From sequence record DRR723986_7888: a stretch of 42,472 nt of DNA; one strand, given 5' to 3'. The notes below the pieces were generated by a model, which worked only from the letters and a program-made list of their open reading frames with translations, was not told the origin of the DNA and did no database searches. Made by a program: the position numbers and the translations under genes. This document shows, one piece after another, positions 17,614-27,074 of this stretch; the first letter of the stretch is position 1; the number at the start of each line of letters is the position of its first letter.

Positions 17614-18501
17614 ATGAGCGACGAAACCCCGGTTGTCCCGATTCCGCAGGAAGCCTTTGACTGGTACGACGAATACGCGCACGGGCTTATCGACAGGCGG
17701 ACCTTCCTCAGCCGCCTCGCGGTTCTCGGCGTGGCGGCAACGGCGGTCAGCGCCGCCTTGCTGCCCGACTATGCCCGCGCCGAGCAGGTTTCCTTCAACG
17801 ATCCCGATATCCTTGCCCGTTACGCGACCTTCCCCTCGCCCGATGGGCACGGTGAAGGCAGGGGCTATCTGGTGGTGCCGGTACAGGCGCAGGGCGAGCG
17901 GCCCGCGGTGCTGGTGGTACATGAGAACCGGGGCCTCAATCCCTACATCAAGGATGTTGCCCGGCGGCTGGCGAAAGCGGGCTATATCGCCTTTGCGCCG
18001 GATGCCCTGTACCCGCTGGGGGGGTATCCCGGTAATGACGACGAGGGCCGGACCTTGCAGCGCTCGCTGGAGCAGGACAAGATCGCGCAGGATTTCATTG
18101 CTGCTGCCCGCTATCTCAAGACCCTGGATGGCGGTAGCGGCAGGCTCGGCGCGGTGGGTTTCTGTTTCGGCGGTTACATTGTCAACATGCTGGCGGCCAC
18201 GGTGCCCGAACTGCTGGATGCAGGCGTGCCGTTCTACGGCACACCTGCTGCCCCGGAACTGTGGGACAACATCCGCGGACCACTGATGGTCCAGCTGGCC
18301 TCCCTGGATACCCGGGTCAATGCCAGTTGGCCCGATTACGAATCCGCGTTGAAAGCCGCTGACGTGCCCTATGTCATGCACATGTATGAGGGAGCCAACC
18401 ACGGGTTTCACAACGATTCAACCGCACGTTACGACGAACAGGCCGCCGCGCTCGCCTGGCAGCGAACCCTGGCGTTTTTTGCAACCCACCTCGACGGCTG
18501 A
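17614..18501 (+). CDS. Dienelactone hydrolase family protein (YghX-like)
   Basis: YDEYAHG.IDRRTFL N-terminus, VHENRGLNPYI, GFCFGG nucleophile, HGFHND. Confidence 0.9.
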   Translation: MSDETPVVPIPQEAFDWYDEYAHGLIDRRTFLSRLAVLGVAATAVSAALLPDYARAEQVSFNDPDILARYATFPSPDGHGEGRGYLVVPVQAQGERPAVLVVHENRGLNPYIKDVARRLAKAGYIAFAPDALYPLGGYPGNDDEGRTLQRSLEQDKIAQDFIAAARYLKTLDGGSGRLGAVGFCFGGYIVNMLAATVPELLDAGVPFYGTPAAPELWDNIRGPLMVQLASLDTRVNASWPDYESALKAADVPYVMHMYEGANHGFHNDSTARYDEQAAALAWQRTLAFFATHLDG

Positions 18502-18614
18502 TTGTCACTGGGGGCGAGTGCTCCCGACTGGCGCGGCAAGCCTGCCGGCCCGGCGGTGGTGGGTCCCGCCAGATTGGCGTACTATCTGGCGACTTCGCAA
18601 GGTGGAAGTGCAGT

Positions 18615-19085
18615 ATGACCGTGGTACAGAAGTTGGATCGTGATCTGATAGAGCGTTGGCTGGACGAATCGCGTGTCGCCTACGATCTCTGCGGGGAATG
18701 CGACGGCCTGCATATTCGCGCCCTGCGCAGCCTGGAAGGGGCCATCGATAGTCGCCTGTTCCTGGAGCGCTATGGGCTACTGTTGACCACCGAGCTGGAA
18801 ATCAGGCCCATGGCCCTGCTGGCAGTGTCCGCCGATCTGGGTTCCCTCAACATGGACTTTCCCACTCTCAAGGTGTTTCTTGACGTTGTGGACGATGCCA
18901 CGCCGCAGCTGGTTATTGCCGGGGTCATGCCCGCCAGTTCGGGGCTGACCCTGCAACAGTTCGCCGCGTTCGTGGCGATGACCATGGAAGGTACTCGTCA
19001 ACTCGCAGCAGACTGTCTGCAACTCGATTACCTGTTCCCCACCGGTAGCGGCAGCCAGGCGGCACCTACCTCAGCCCTGCACTGA
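18615..19085 (+). CDS. YbjN-domain protein
   Basis: 156 aa; CGECDGLH; LNMDFPTLKVFLDVVDD pattern resembling gammaproteobacterial YbjN-like proteins. Confidence 0.65.
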   Translation: MTVVQKLDRDLIERWLDESRVAYDLCGECDGLHIRALRSLEGAIDSRLFLERYGLLLTTELEIRPMALLAVSADLGSLNMDFPTLKVFLDVVDDATPQLVIAGVMPASSGLTLQQFAAFVAMTMEGTRQLAADCLQLDYLFPTGSGSQAAPTSALH

Positions 19086-19170
19086 TCCGTCGTCGCCAGG
19101 ATGTTTTCCTGGCTCAAATCTGCGCGATCTCGGCTATCCTTGTGATGCTGTCACACAAGGAGCGACTGGC

Positions 19171-19539
19171 ATGATTGGCTATATCACAATTGGTACTAAC
19201 GACCTGGCGCGCGCCTGCGCTTTCTACGATGCACTGCTGGCGGAAGTCGGCGCCACCCGGATGATGGAAGCGGACAATTTTGTCGCCTGGTCATCCGCGA
19301 GCCCCGGCGCGGCGCTGGCGGTTACTTCTCCGCACGATGGTAAAGCGGCGACCGTGGGCAACGGCGTCATGGTAGCGATCGCTGTATCCGACGAGGAGCA
19401 GGTAAAGCGGGTGTACAACAAGGCGATGGAGCTGGGTGCGACTGACGAAGGCCCTCCGGGTCCTCGTGGGGATAACTTCTATGCCGGCTATTTCCGCGAT
19501 CTGGATGGCAACAAGCTCGATGTCTATGTGATGGGCTGA
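19171..19539 (+). CDS. VOC/glyoxalase family protein
   Basis: MIGYITIGTNDL..A..FYD, GNGVMVA, DEGPPGPRG..FYAGYFRDLDGNKL; AAGGAG RBS. Confidence 0.9.
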   Translation: MIGYITIGTNDLARACAFYDALLAEVGATRMMEADNFVAWSSASPGAALAVTSPHDGKAATVGNGVMVAIAVSDEEQVKRVYNKAMELGATDEGPPGPRGDNFYAGYFRDLDGNKLDVYVMG

Positions 19540-19573
19540 CTATCAGCAGTGGCGCGCGGGGACTCGCCTGCTT

Positions 19574-20107
19574 TCAGCTGTCCAGCGCGCCCAGGTGTTC
19601 GGCGAGTTCAATTACATGGGGGTCGTGTTCTCCCAGCTCGCGCAGCGCGCTTGCCAGTTGCAGGGCGTAATCGCGGTTACTGCCGCTCGGGCCGTGGGAG
19701 TGGTGGATATGGCGGGCGAGCTCGGCCACCGGTGCCGGACCGAGAAAAGCGGGGTTGTCTTCCCGCGCCACGTAGATCACGCCGGGGACCTCAAGCTGGC
19801 GGCCGGGCAGGGTGATGGCGAGTTCGAAGCGCTGGTAGCCGTTCTTCTCCCGGTGATCGAGGTGGACGAACACATCATGCGTCACCAGGTAGGCTACGCC
19901 GCGGCAGATGGCAGCCGGTGAGGGGATCAGGGTGACCACCCGCCCCGGTGCTTCCGGGGTACCGCGATGATCGTGTGAACCCTGCCAGAAGCGCCGTTCC
20001 CAGCCATGGATATGACCTTCCGCGCGGTCCAGGAACGGGAAGTCCACCTTGTAAATCAGTGATCCGTAGCCGAATACCCAGGTAGCGTCCGCTTCGTCTG
20101 CAGGCAT
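19574..20107 (-). CDS. chaC: Glutathione-specific gamma-glutamylcyclotransferase (ChaC family)
   Basis: WVFGYGSLI, RRFWQGSHDHRGTPEAPGRVVTL, LDHREKNGY, GPSGSNRDY; ATG at 20107. Confidence 0.85.
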   Translation of the reverse strand: MPADEADATWVFGYGSLIYKVDFPFLDRAEGHIHGWERRFWQGSHDHRGTPEAPGRVVTLIPSPAAICRGVAYLVTHDVFVHLDHREKNGYQRFELAITLPGRQLEVPGVIYVAREDNPAFLGPAPVAELARHIHHSHGPSGSNRDYALQLASALRELGEHDPHVIELAEHLGALDS

Positions 20108-20115
20108 GGCCGGTT

Positions 20116-21582
20116 TCAGGCAGCCGCTTTTTCGGTGCTGGTAGCGGGTTTGTCGAAATCCGCCAGGCTGACCTCGGCATGCTGCTTCTGGTAATCGCGA
20201 AAGCTGCCAGGGAACAGGAAGGGCGGGTAACCCGCCGAATTGCGGTAATAGCTCTGGCAATCTGGTGCCGCCCAGGAGTAGCGCTTGAAGCGATCCGCCA
20301 TCCAGGCGAAATAGCCCTTGCACTTGTCGAGCGCAACATCGACCACCGGGATTGACGCGGCCCGCATCTCGGACAGCAGCCGGACGATGGTTGCCACGTT
20401 CTGTTCCGCGGTGCGGAAGTAGGACACATTGAGCACCAGGGCGTTGGGTCCCATGGCGAAGAAGTAATTGGGGAATCCGGGCGTCGCCAGGCCCTTGTAG
20501 GCCTGTGGCGTATCGCCCAGGGCCTCGGCCAGGGTTTGGCCGGTAGAACCGCGCACCTCGATGCGATCGTAATCCATGATCCGGTAGCCGGTGCAGTAGA
20601 TGATCACATCCGCTTCGAGTTTCTGGCCGCTCGAGGTGATCACGCCATCTTCCACCACTTCGGTCAGGCCTTCGGGTACCAGTGAAACATTGTCCCGGTT
20701 CAGCGCCGGGTAGAAATCATCAGATACCAGGCCCCGCTTGCAGCCGTAGCGGCTGTCGGGGGTGAGGGCACGTCGCAGTTGCGGATCCTCGATAACACTT
20801 TCAAGGTAGTTGAGCGCTACCCGTTCGAACTGGTCCATGCGCTTGTGCCCGAGGGTGGCCGCGTACTCCACCTGGCCCATCATCAGCGCCTGTACCTTGC
20901 GGGTGATTTTCATCAGCAGCGGCAGGCGGCGGAACCAGCGACGCCGGGCATCGCTATAGAATTTCCTGCCCCGGGGCATGATCCAGTTTGCAGAGCGCTG
21001 CAGGACGGTCAGTTCCCCGGCGATTTTGGCAATCTCGGGAACGATTTGCACTGCGCAGGCGGCGGAGCCGACGATGATCACCCGCTTGCCTGCCAGGTCC
21101 ACCGAGTGATCCCAGCGGGTCCCATGCCAGCTGGGTCCGCGGAAGCGGTCGCGCCCGGGTACCTGCGGGAACAGCGGAGTGTGCTGGTTGCCCATCGCGT
21201 TGATGACCACGTCCGCGTCGAAGGTCGTACCCTGGTCGCTTACCAGTTGCCAGTATCCGCTGTCCTGCCAGGTGATGGTGGCAATGCGGGTGTTCAACCG
21301 CAGGTGGGGGTCCAGGCCGAAATCATGGGTGCATTTGGCCAGGTAAGCCTGGATTTCCGGCTGCTCGACGAAGCTGGCGGTCCAGTCCGGGTTGGGTGCA
21401 TAGGAGAACGAATAGGAGTGGGCCCAGACGTCACAGGCCAGACCGGGGTAGGAGTGCAAGCGCCAGGTGCCGCCCGGTGCATCCAGGGTGTCGAACAACG
21501 TGAAGTCGGTGAAGCCCTGGCGCTTAAGTTCCCGGCCAGCGGCGATACCCGAAGGCCCTGCGCCGATAATGGCAATCCGCAT
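20116..21582 (-). CDS. Flavin-containing monooxygenase (Baeyer-Villiger type)
   Basis: IIGAGPSG, GGTW..YPGLACD, FRGPSWHGTRW (FxGxxxHxxxW), IYCTGY, FPNYF. Confidence 0.9.
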   Translation of the reverse strand: MRIAIIGAGPSGIAAGRELKRQGFTDFTLFDTLDAPGGTWRLHSYPGLACDVWAHSYSFSYAPNPDWTASFVEQPEIQAYLAKCTHDFGLDPHLRLNTRIATITWQDSGYWQLVSDQGTTFDADVVINAMGNQHTPLFPQVPGRDRFRGPSWHGTRWDHSVDLAGKRVIIVGSAACAVQIVPEIAKIAGELTVLQRSANWIMPRGRKFYSDARRRWFRRLPLLMKITRKVQALMMGQVEYAATLGHKRMDQFERVALNYLESVIEDPQLRRALTPDSRYGCKRGLVSDDFYPALNRDNVSLVPEGLTEVVEDGVITSSGQKLEADVIIYCTGYRIMDYDRIEVRGSTGQTLAEALGDTPQAYKGLATPGFPNYFFAMGPNALVLNVSYFRTAEQNVATIVRLLSEMRAASIPVVDVALDKCKGYFAWMADRFKRYSWAAPDCQSYYRNSAGYPPFLFPGSFRDYQKQHAEVSLADFDKPATSTEKAAA

Positions 21583-21783
21583 AGTCCGCCTCGTTTGCGT
21601 CTAGTGGTCAGTGATGGCGCAGGATACCGTGGCTTCAGGCTGCGCTAACTCACCGCCCCGGGAAGCCGAAGAATGGTACAAAAAGGCAGACCGCGGGAAA
21701 TTCGGGTAAAAGTCCGGAAAGCAGTGGACGCGTGCTCCGGCCCCTCGCTAACCTAGCTCGACTCGCGTTGCCGGAAGCCGGTT

Positions 21784-22098
21784 ATGATCAGGATCCTGTT
21801 ATTTGTTCTGTTGTGTCTCCCGGGCCTCGCCTCAGCGGGGGTTTATATGTGCGTCGATCCCGCAACCGGTGAGAAAACCTTTACCGACAAGGCCTGTGAA
21901 ACGAAAAAGTCCGGGGAGAAACTGGATGTAAAACCCCACAACTTTGGCGACTCCGGGCACCGCTCACCGAACACGTCCGGCAAGACCTGGACCAGCGATC
22001 GCGATGCACAGGGCTCTGACCGTACCGAATACACCGGGCAAACCGGACACCGTCGCAATATCGAAAAAGCCCGCAATACGGTGGCCGACTCAAACTGA
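21784..22098 (+). CDS. Small exported DUF4124-like protein
   Basis: Signal peptide ending ASA, then GVYMCVDPATGEKTFTDKAC. Confidence 0.7.
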   Translation: MIRILLFVLLCLPGLASAGVYMCVDPATGEKTFTDKACETKKSGEKLDVKPHNFGDSGHRSPNTSGKTWTSDRDAQGSDRTEYTGQTGHRRNIEKARNTVADSN

Positions 22099-22117
22099 GG
22101 GCCACCTGCGGTGTGAT

Positions 22118-23377
22118 TCAGCGCAGCGCGTAGCGCACCGGCAGGGATTTCAGACCGCCGACAAATATCGCCTTGATCCACTCGGGATCAGATGCCAGTT
22201 CAATCTCGTCCAGGCGCGGCAGCAGTTCGCGGAAAAAGCACGCGACTTCCAGCGCTGCCAGGTGCTGCCCCAGACACATATGCGACCCGTAGCCGAAGGC
22301 GAGCTGCTGCTTGGGGTCGCGGGTGATGTCGAGACGGTTCGGCTGGTCGAAGGCCTCCGGGTCGCGATTGGCGGCCGGATACCACAGGGCCAGATTGTCT
22401 CCGGCCCGAATTTTCTTGCCGTGCAGTTCCAGGTCCTGGGTGGCGGTGCGTACCATGTGGCGCACCGGTGAAACCCAGCGGATGATTTCCTTGGCGGCGC
22501 CAATGTCGAGGTCCGGTCGGTCGCGCCACAGGGCCATTTGCTCCGGGTGTTCGATCAGGGCCTTCATGCCGCCGCTGATGGCGGCCGAGGTGGTGTCGTG
22601 CCCGGCACTGGCGGTGATGATGAAATAGCTCATCTGGTCCAGCGGGTCCATGGGCTGTCCGTCGACCTCGGCGTTGGCGAGCACCGACGCCAGGTCATCG
22701 CGCGGATTGATCTTGCGGTCGGCAATGACGTCGTTGAAGTAAGCGCCGAAGTCGTGCAGCACCTGCATGCCGGCAGTCGGGTCATCGCCACGCTGCAGGT
22801 CGGGGTCCTGGCCACCGAAAATTTCCTGGGTGAGCTTGAGCATGGTCTGCTCCGATTCCCGTGGCAGCCCCAGGATCGACAGGATGATCCGCAGTGGGAA
22901 ATACAGGGCGATGTCCCGCACGAAGTCGCACTCGCCACCCATGTCCACCATCTTGTCGACGAATTCCCTGGCCAGCGCCTGGACCTCGGCTTCCAGCTTG
23001 TCGATGCTGCGCGGCAGGAACCACTCGCGGGTGACCTTGCGCAGCTTCAGGTGCTTTGGGCGGTCCATGTGAATCAGGGTTTCCAGACCATTGGGCGTGC
23101 CGAAAGTCTCCAGCAGCATCTGCTCCATGGCCTCGGGTACCAGCACGGTGCGCGGTGCGCTGAGAAACTCATCGTTGGCGCTGCCGATGGATTTGACGTC
23201 GTCGTAGCGGGTCAGTGCCCAGAAGGGCCGGTACTCCGGATGCTCCACCCAGGCGACCGGATCGTTGCTCCGCAGGTGGTCGAACAGGGCATACATTGTG
23301 TCCTCGCGCCCCATGATCGACGCGTCCAGGATGTCCGCTGGGCGAAAGGATGTTCCGGTCTCTGCTGGCTGGTTCAT
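22118..23377 (-). CDS. Cytochrome P450
   Basis: I-helix AGHDTT, EIIR (ExxR), heme motif FGYGSHMCLG; ATG at 23377. Confidence 0.93.
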   Translation of the reverse strand: MNQPAETGTSFRPADILDASIMGREDTMYALFDHLRSNDPVAWVEHPEYRPFWALTRYDDVKSIGSANDEFLSAPRTVLVPEAMEQMLLETFGTPNGLETLIHMDRPKHLKLRKVTREWFLPRSIDKLEAEVQALAREFVDKMVDMGGECDFVRDIALYFPLRIILSILGLPRESEQTMLKLTQEIFGGQDPDLQRGDDPTAGMQVLHDFGAYFNDVIADRKINPRDDLASVLANAEVDGQPMDPLDQMSYFIITASAGHDTTSAAISGGMKALIEHPEQMALWRDRPDLDIGAAKEIIRWVSPVRHMVRTATQDLELHGKKIRAGDNLALWYPAANRDPEAFDQPNRLDITRDPKQQLAFGYGSHMCLGQHLAALEVACFFRELLPRLDEIELASDPEWIKAIFVGGLKSLPVRYALR

Positions 23378-23518
23378 AGGACGCTCCGAGTCTATGGGGC
23401 GAGCAGAATACCACGGCTGCTGACGCTGTCGAAGCGGTGGCCGGGCGCTCCGGCTGCGCTGTTGGAGTCGTCCAGTTTGCGTCCAGATCCGGCTTGTCGG
23501 CACCGACGTAAGTCACCC

Positions 23519-24277
23519 ATGAATCTGGCGAGTGTGAGCATGGACAGTCCAAAAGCCGCCCTGGTAGTCGGCGCCAATGGTGGTATCGGGGGGGCGGTAT
23601 TGCGCGCCCTGGTCGAGGACGGCCGCTACGCGATCGTCCACGCCGTGAGCAGAATGCCGCCACCGGCAGGGGAGTGGGACGCAGGGAACAGCGTTGTCTG
23701 GCACTGCTGTGACCACAGTGAAGAAGGTATTGCTGCAGTAGTTGGCGATCTAACCCAGGAGGGGACAGCCCTGGCCCGGGTGGTGATCTGTACCGGCGTT
23801 CTGCACGGTCCGGACTTCCAGCCGGAAAAGGCGCTCGACCGTCTGCGGAGTGCGGCCATGACCTCGCTGTTTGAGGTGAATACCATTCTGCCGATGCTTT
23901 GGCTCAGCGCCCTGTCGCCGCTGTTGCGCAAGGCGGGGGACAGTGTGGTGGCAGTGTTGAGTGCCCGGGTGGGCAGCATCGCCGACAATCGCCTGGGCGG
24001 CTGGTACAGCTATCGGGCGTCGAAAGCGGCGCTCAATATGCTGCTGAAAACGGCGGCGATTGAGCTGTCGCGGCGCGCGCCCCGGGTCAAGCTGATCGCC
24101 TTTCACCCGGGAACCACCGACACACCCCTGTCCCAGCCCTTCCAGTCCCGGGTCGCGCCGGACAAGCTGTTTACCCCCGGGTTCGTTGCCGGGCGCCTGT
24201 GTGAGCTGATGGATGGTGCGGTGGCGGACGGCGAACTGGCCTACATTGACTGGGCTGGCGAACCCGTCGCCTGGTAG
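23519..24277 (+). CDS. Short-chain dehydrogenase/reductase (C-factor/CsgA-like subgroup)
   Basis: VVGANGGIG, LSARVGSIADNRLGGWYSYRASKAALN, FHPGTTDT; start 23519 or 23540. Confidence 0.88.
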   Translation: MNLASVSMDSPKAALVVGANGGIGGAVLRALVEDGRYAIVHAVSRMPPPAGEWDAGNSVVWHCCDHSEEGIAAVVGDLTQEGTALARVVICTGVLHGPDFQPEKALDRLRSAAMTSLFEVNTILPMLWLSALSPLLRKAGDSVVAVLSARVGSIADNRLGGWYSYRASKAALNMLLKTAAIELSRRAPRVKLIAFHPGTTDTPLSQPFQSRVAPDKLFTPGFVAGRLCELMDGAVADGELAYIDWAGEPVAW

Positions 24278-24352
24278 CGAAACCGGTTCCTGCTGGCACA
24301 GCGGCGCCCCTTGCTCTATTCTGGCCTGCCCCGGCTTTCACGGAGCTACCCC

Positions 24353-24706
24353 ATGCTGCGAACGTCTATTCTTCTGGTCCTGGTACTCGCGCTGTCCGCC
24401 TGCGCGCAGTATGAAAACAAACGCGGGGTGGATGTCACCTGGCAGGCGACGATGCTGGACGGGCTGGAGAAGGGGGTTACCACCCGGCAGGATGTGCTCA
24501 AGCTGCTCGGGCCGCCATCGCAGCTGATCGCACTGGACGATGAGACTGTGCTGTATTACCTGTTCGAGCGCTCTGATGGCGAAGGCTTGATCCTGGTCCT
24601 GTATAACCGCTTCAAGGTTGATACGCGCTACGATCGGGCGGTGTTCTTCTTCGATGACAATGATCTGCTGACCGATTATGCGACCCACGTCTACCCGGCG
24701 AGCTAG
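24353..24706 (+). CDS. BamE/SmpA-OmlA-like lipoprotein
   Basis: Lipobox LSAC; GVTTRQDVLKLLGPPSQ, LYYLF, AVFFFDDND. Confidence 0.7.
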   Translation: MLRTSILLVLVLALSACAQYENKRGVDVTWQATMLDGLEKGVTTRQDVLKLLGPPSQLIALDDETVLYYLFERSDGEGLILVLYNRFKVDTRYDRAVFFFDDNDLLTDYATHVYPAS

Positions 24707-25289
24707 CGCGCTGGTGCTGCTGGTCGCTGCGCTCCTGCTCGGCGGCTGCACCCAGTGGCGCTATGACCTGGGTGCGCGCCTGGATGAGGCGTCCACGCCA
24801 GAGGTCGGCAGCGATCTTACCCTGGCGGAGGTGCTGGTGTTGCTGGGCCCACCCCACCGGCTCTCGCGCACTGCAGACGGCTTCGCCATGGCCTGGGAAC
24901 ACTGGCAGGTGAAGGAAGACAGCCTTGGCTTCAGCCTGGGTTTCCTGGGAGCGGATTTCCTGTCCATTGACTGGGGCGAGTCCCGGGTCAGCGGCGAATT
25001 CCTGCTGCTGGGTTTTGACCACCAGCACAAACTGACCTCCAGCCGATTTTCCAGCTGGGATAACGACGCCGGCAGCGGCTCGGCGATCCAGCCCCTGATC
25101 AGCGCGGTATCGGTGGTGGATACCGACGACCTGACCGGGCGCATGCCCCAGCATCGCTGGGGAGCGGCTTCCCTGTTGCGTCTGCCCGAAGCGCTGAACC
25201 TGAACTCCCGGCCTGATATGGGGGCCACCGGTATCCAGCAGCGCGGCACGCCCACTGGTGTTGGCCAGCAGTCGCTCGAGCTGGACTGA
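24678..25289 (+). CDS. Putative lipoprotein with BamE-like motif
   Basis: Lipobox LGGC; TLAEVLVLLGPPHR and LLLGFDHQHKL; overlaps upstream gene by 29 nt. Confidence 0.6.
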   Translation: MRPTSTRRASALVLLVAALLLGGCTQWRYDLGARLDEASTPEVGSDLTLAEVLVLLGPPHRLSRTADGFAMAWEHWQVKEDSLGFSLGFLGADFLSIDWGESRVSGEFLLLGFDHQHKLTSSRFSSWDNDAGSGSAIQPLISAVSVVDTDDLTGRMPQHRWGAASLLRLPEALNLNSRPDMGATGIQQRGTPTGVGQQSLELD

Positions 25290-25409
25290 CGACGCTGCCC
25301 GCCGCAGGCCGGGACCAGCTTGCCAAGCCGTACGCCGTGCGATAGAAAGGTGCATCCGGTTGGGCCATGCCGCGCAGCGCCCGCCACAGAATAACGACAG
25401 GAGTCATCA

Positions 25410-27062
25410 ATGGAACTGGATACTATTCCCGCAATCGTCCAACACTGGGCCGCTACCTGCCCGGACAAGGTCTGGCTGCGCGATTTGCAAGAGGACGCTT
25501 CGGACGATTACACCTGGGGTGAGGCCCAGGCCCAGATAGGGTCTGTCGCCGCGATGCTTGAGGAGCGCTTTGGCCATGGCGAACAGATGGTGGTGCTATC
25601 GCGGAATCGGCCCCACTGGTTCATGGCGGACCTGGCTATTATCAGTTCGGGCAATGTCACCGTCAGCATGTTCACGACCTTGCCGGCGGCTACCGCGGAA
25701 TACATTCTGGAGCTCACCGCCGCGAAGGTGATATTCGTTGGCGAGACCAGCAACTGGGAGCAGGTGTCATCGGTATTGCCGGCGGACATCACCCTGATCA
25801 CCTTGCCGGGAGTGGATATCGAACAGCCCCACCTCACCTGGGAGGAGATCCTCGGGGAGTACCAGGGCAGGGCGCCGGGCTACCAGTGCCAGCACGACGA
25901 TATGATGTCGCTGGTGTTTACCTCCGGTACCACCGGTATGCCCAAGGGCGTTATCCAGACCCACGACAGTAACCTGATCCCGATCCGTCGCTTCATCAAG
26001 GCCTTCGGCATCCGCGACAACCCGCGATACTTTTCCTATCTCCCCCTGTCCCACATTGCCGAGCGCCAGATCGTCGAGTACTCATCGATCGTTGCCTGCG
26101 GCGAAGTGAATTTTAACGAGGCGCTGCCCACCATCATGCGCGACCTGCAGCGCACCCGGCCGCATATGTTCTTCGGTCCCCCGCGGATGTGGGAACAGTT
26201 CCAGCAGGCGGTCATCGGCAAGTTCGGCGGTCAGGACGCCCTGCGCCAGGCCCTGGAACAGGACAAGGAAGGTATCGGCAAACTGGTGCTGGATACGCTG
26301 GGCCTGGGGGAGGTGGAGTATTGCCTGACCGCCGCGGCGCCGACGCCGCCGGCCCTTATCCACTGGTGGGATGACCTGGGCCTCACCCTGATGGAGGGTT
26401 TCGGCCAGACCGAGGCCATGGGCCTGATTGTCAGCAGTGAAGACCAGCGGCGCATCGGCTCGATCGGCAAGCCGGTGGGCGAGGTGGAATACAAGATTAC
26501 CGAGGAGGGTGAACTGGCGGTCCGCGCCGAGGGTTGCACCCCCGGCTACTACAAGCAGCCGGAGAAGACCGCTGAACTGATCCGCGACGGATGGATTCAC
26601 ACCGGTGACAAGGCCCGGGTCGACGAGGACGGCTTTGTTTACATCACTGGCCGGGTGAAGGATTACTTCAAGACCATCCAGGGCAAGTTTGTAGCGCCGC
26701 CACCGATCGAGGGCGAATTTGCCAAGAACCCGCATGCGGAGCAGCAGTGCCTGTTGGGTCGGGGTTTTTCCAAGACCGTGATGATCGCGGTGCTCACCGA
26801 GGAGGCCCAGGGGCGCGACCCCGATGAAGTCGCACAATCACTGCGTGAGACCACTGAGTCGATCAACAGCGAGGTGGAAAAGCACGCCCGGATCGGTGCT
26901 GTCATCGTCTCCAGGGAGCCCTGGAGTATCGAGAACGAGGTACTGACCCCGACCCTCAAGATCCGTCGGGAGAAGGTCGAGGAGCGATTTGCCGAGCTTG
27001 CCGAGCAACTTGCCCGGCAGTCTGCCGAGACCCGCGAACTGCTATTGCACTGGGCGGATTAA
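25410..27062 (+). CDS. AMP-dependent long-chain acyl-CoA synthetase
   Basis: FTSGTTGMPKG, SYLPLSHIAER, EGFGQTE, GWIHTGD, ITGRVKD, LTPTLKIRR; AGGAG RBS. Confidence 0.92.
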   Translation: MELDTIPAIVQHWAATCPDKVWLRDLQEDASDDYTWGEAQAQIGSVAAMLEERFGHGEQMVVLSRNRPHWFMADLAIISSGNVTVSMFTTLPAATAEYILELTAAKVIFVGETSNWEQVSSVLPADITLITLPGVDIEQPHLTWEEILGEYQGRAPGYQCQHDDMMSLVFTSGTTGMPKGVIQTHDSNLIPIRRFIKAFGIRDNPRYFSYLPLSHIAERQIVEYSSIVACGEVNFNEALPTIMRDLQRTRPHMFFGPPRMWEQFQQAVIGKFGGQDALRQALEQDKEGIGKLVLDTLGLGEVEYCLTAAAPTPPALIHWWDDLGLTLMEGFGQTEAMGLIVSSEDQRRIGSIGKPVGEVEYKITEEGELAVRAEGCTPGYYKQPEKTAELIRDGWIHTGDKARVDEDGFVYITGRVKDYFKTIQGKFVAPPPIEGEFAKNPHAEQQCLLGRGFSKTVMIAVLTEEAQGRDPDEVAQSLRETTESINSEVEKHARIGAVIVSREPWSIENEVLTPTLKIRREKVEERFAELAEQLARQSAETRELLLHWAD

Positions 27063-27074
27063 TCCGCCCAGGGC

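Noticed and set aside
19141-19155. CRP site
   Set aside because: Spacer between TGTGA and TCACA is 5 nt rather than 6
22538-24277. 579-aa ORF that looks like a long N-terminal fusion to the SDR
   Set aside because: The N-terminal part is the antisense shadow of the P450 gene; SDR motifs begin only after about 23519
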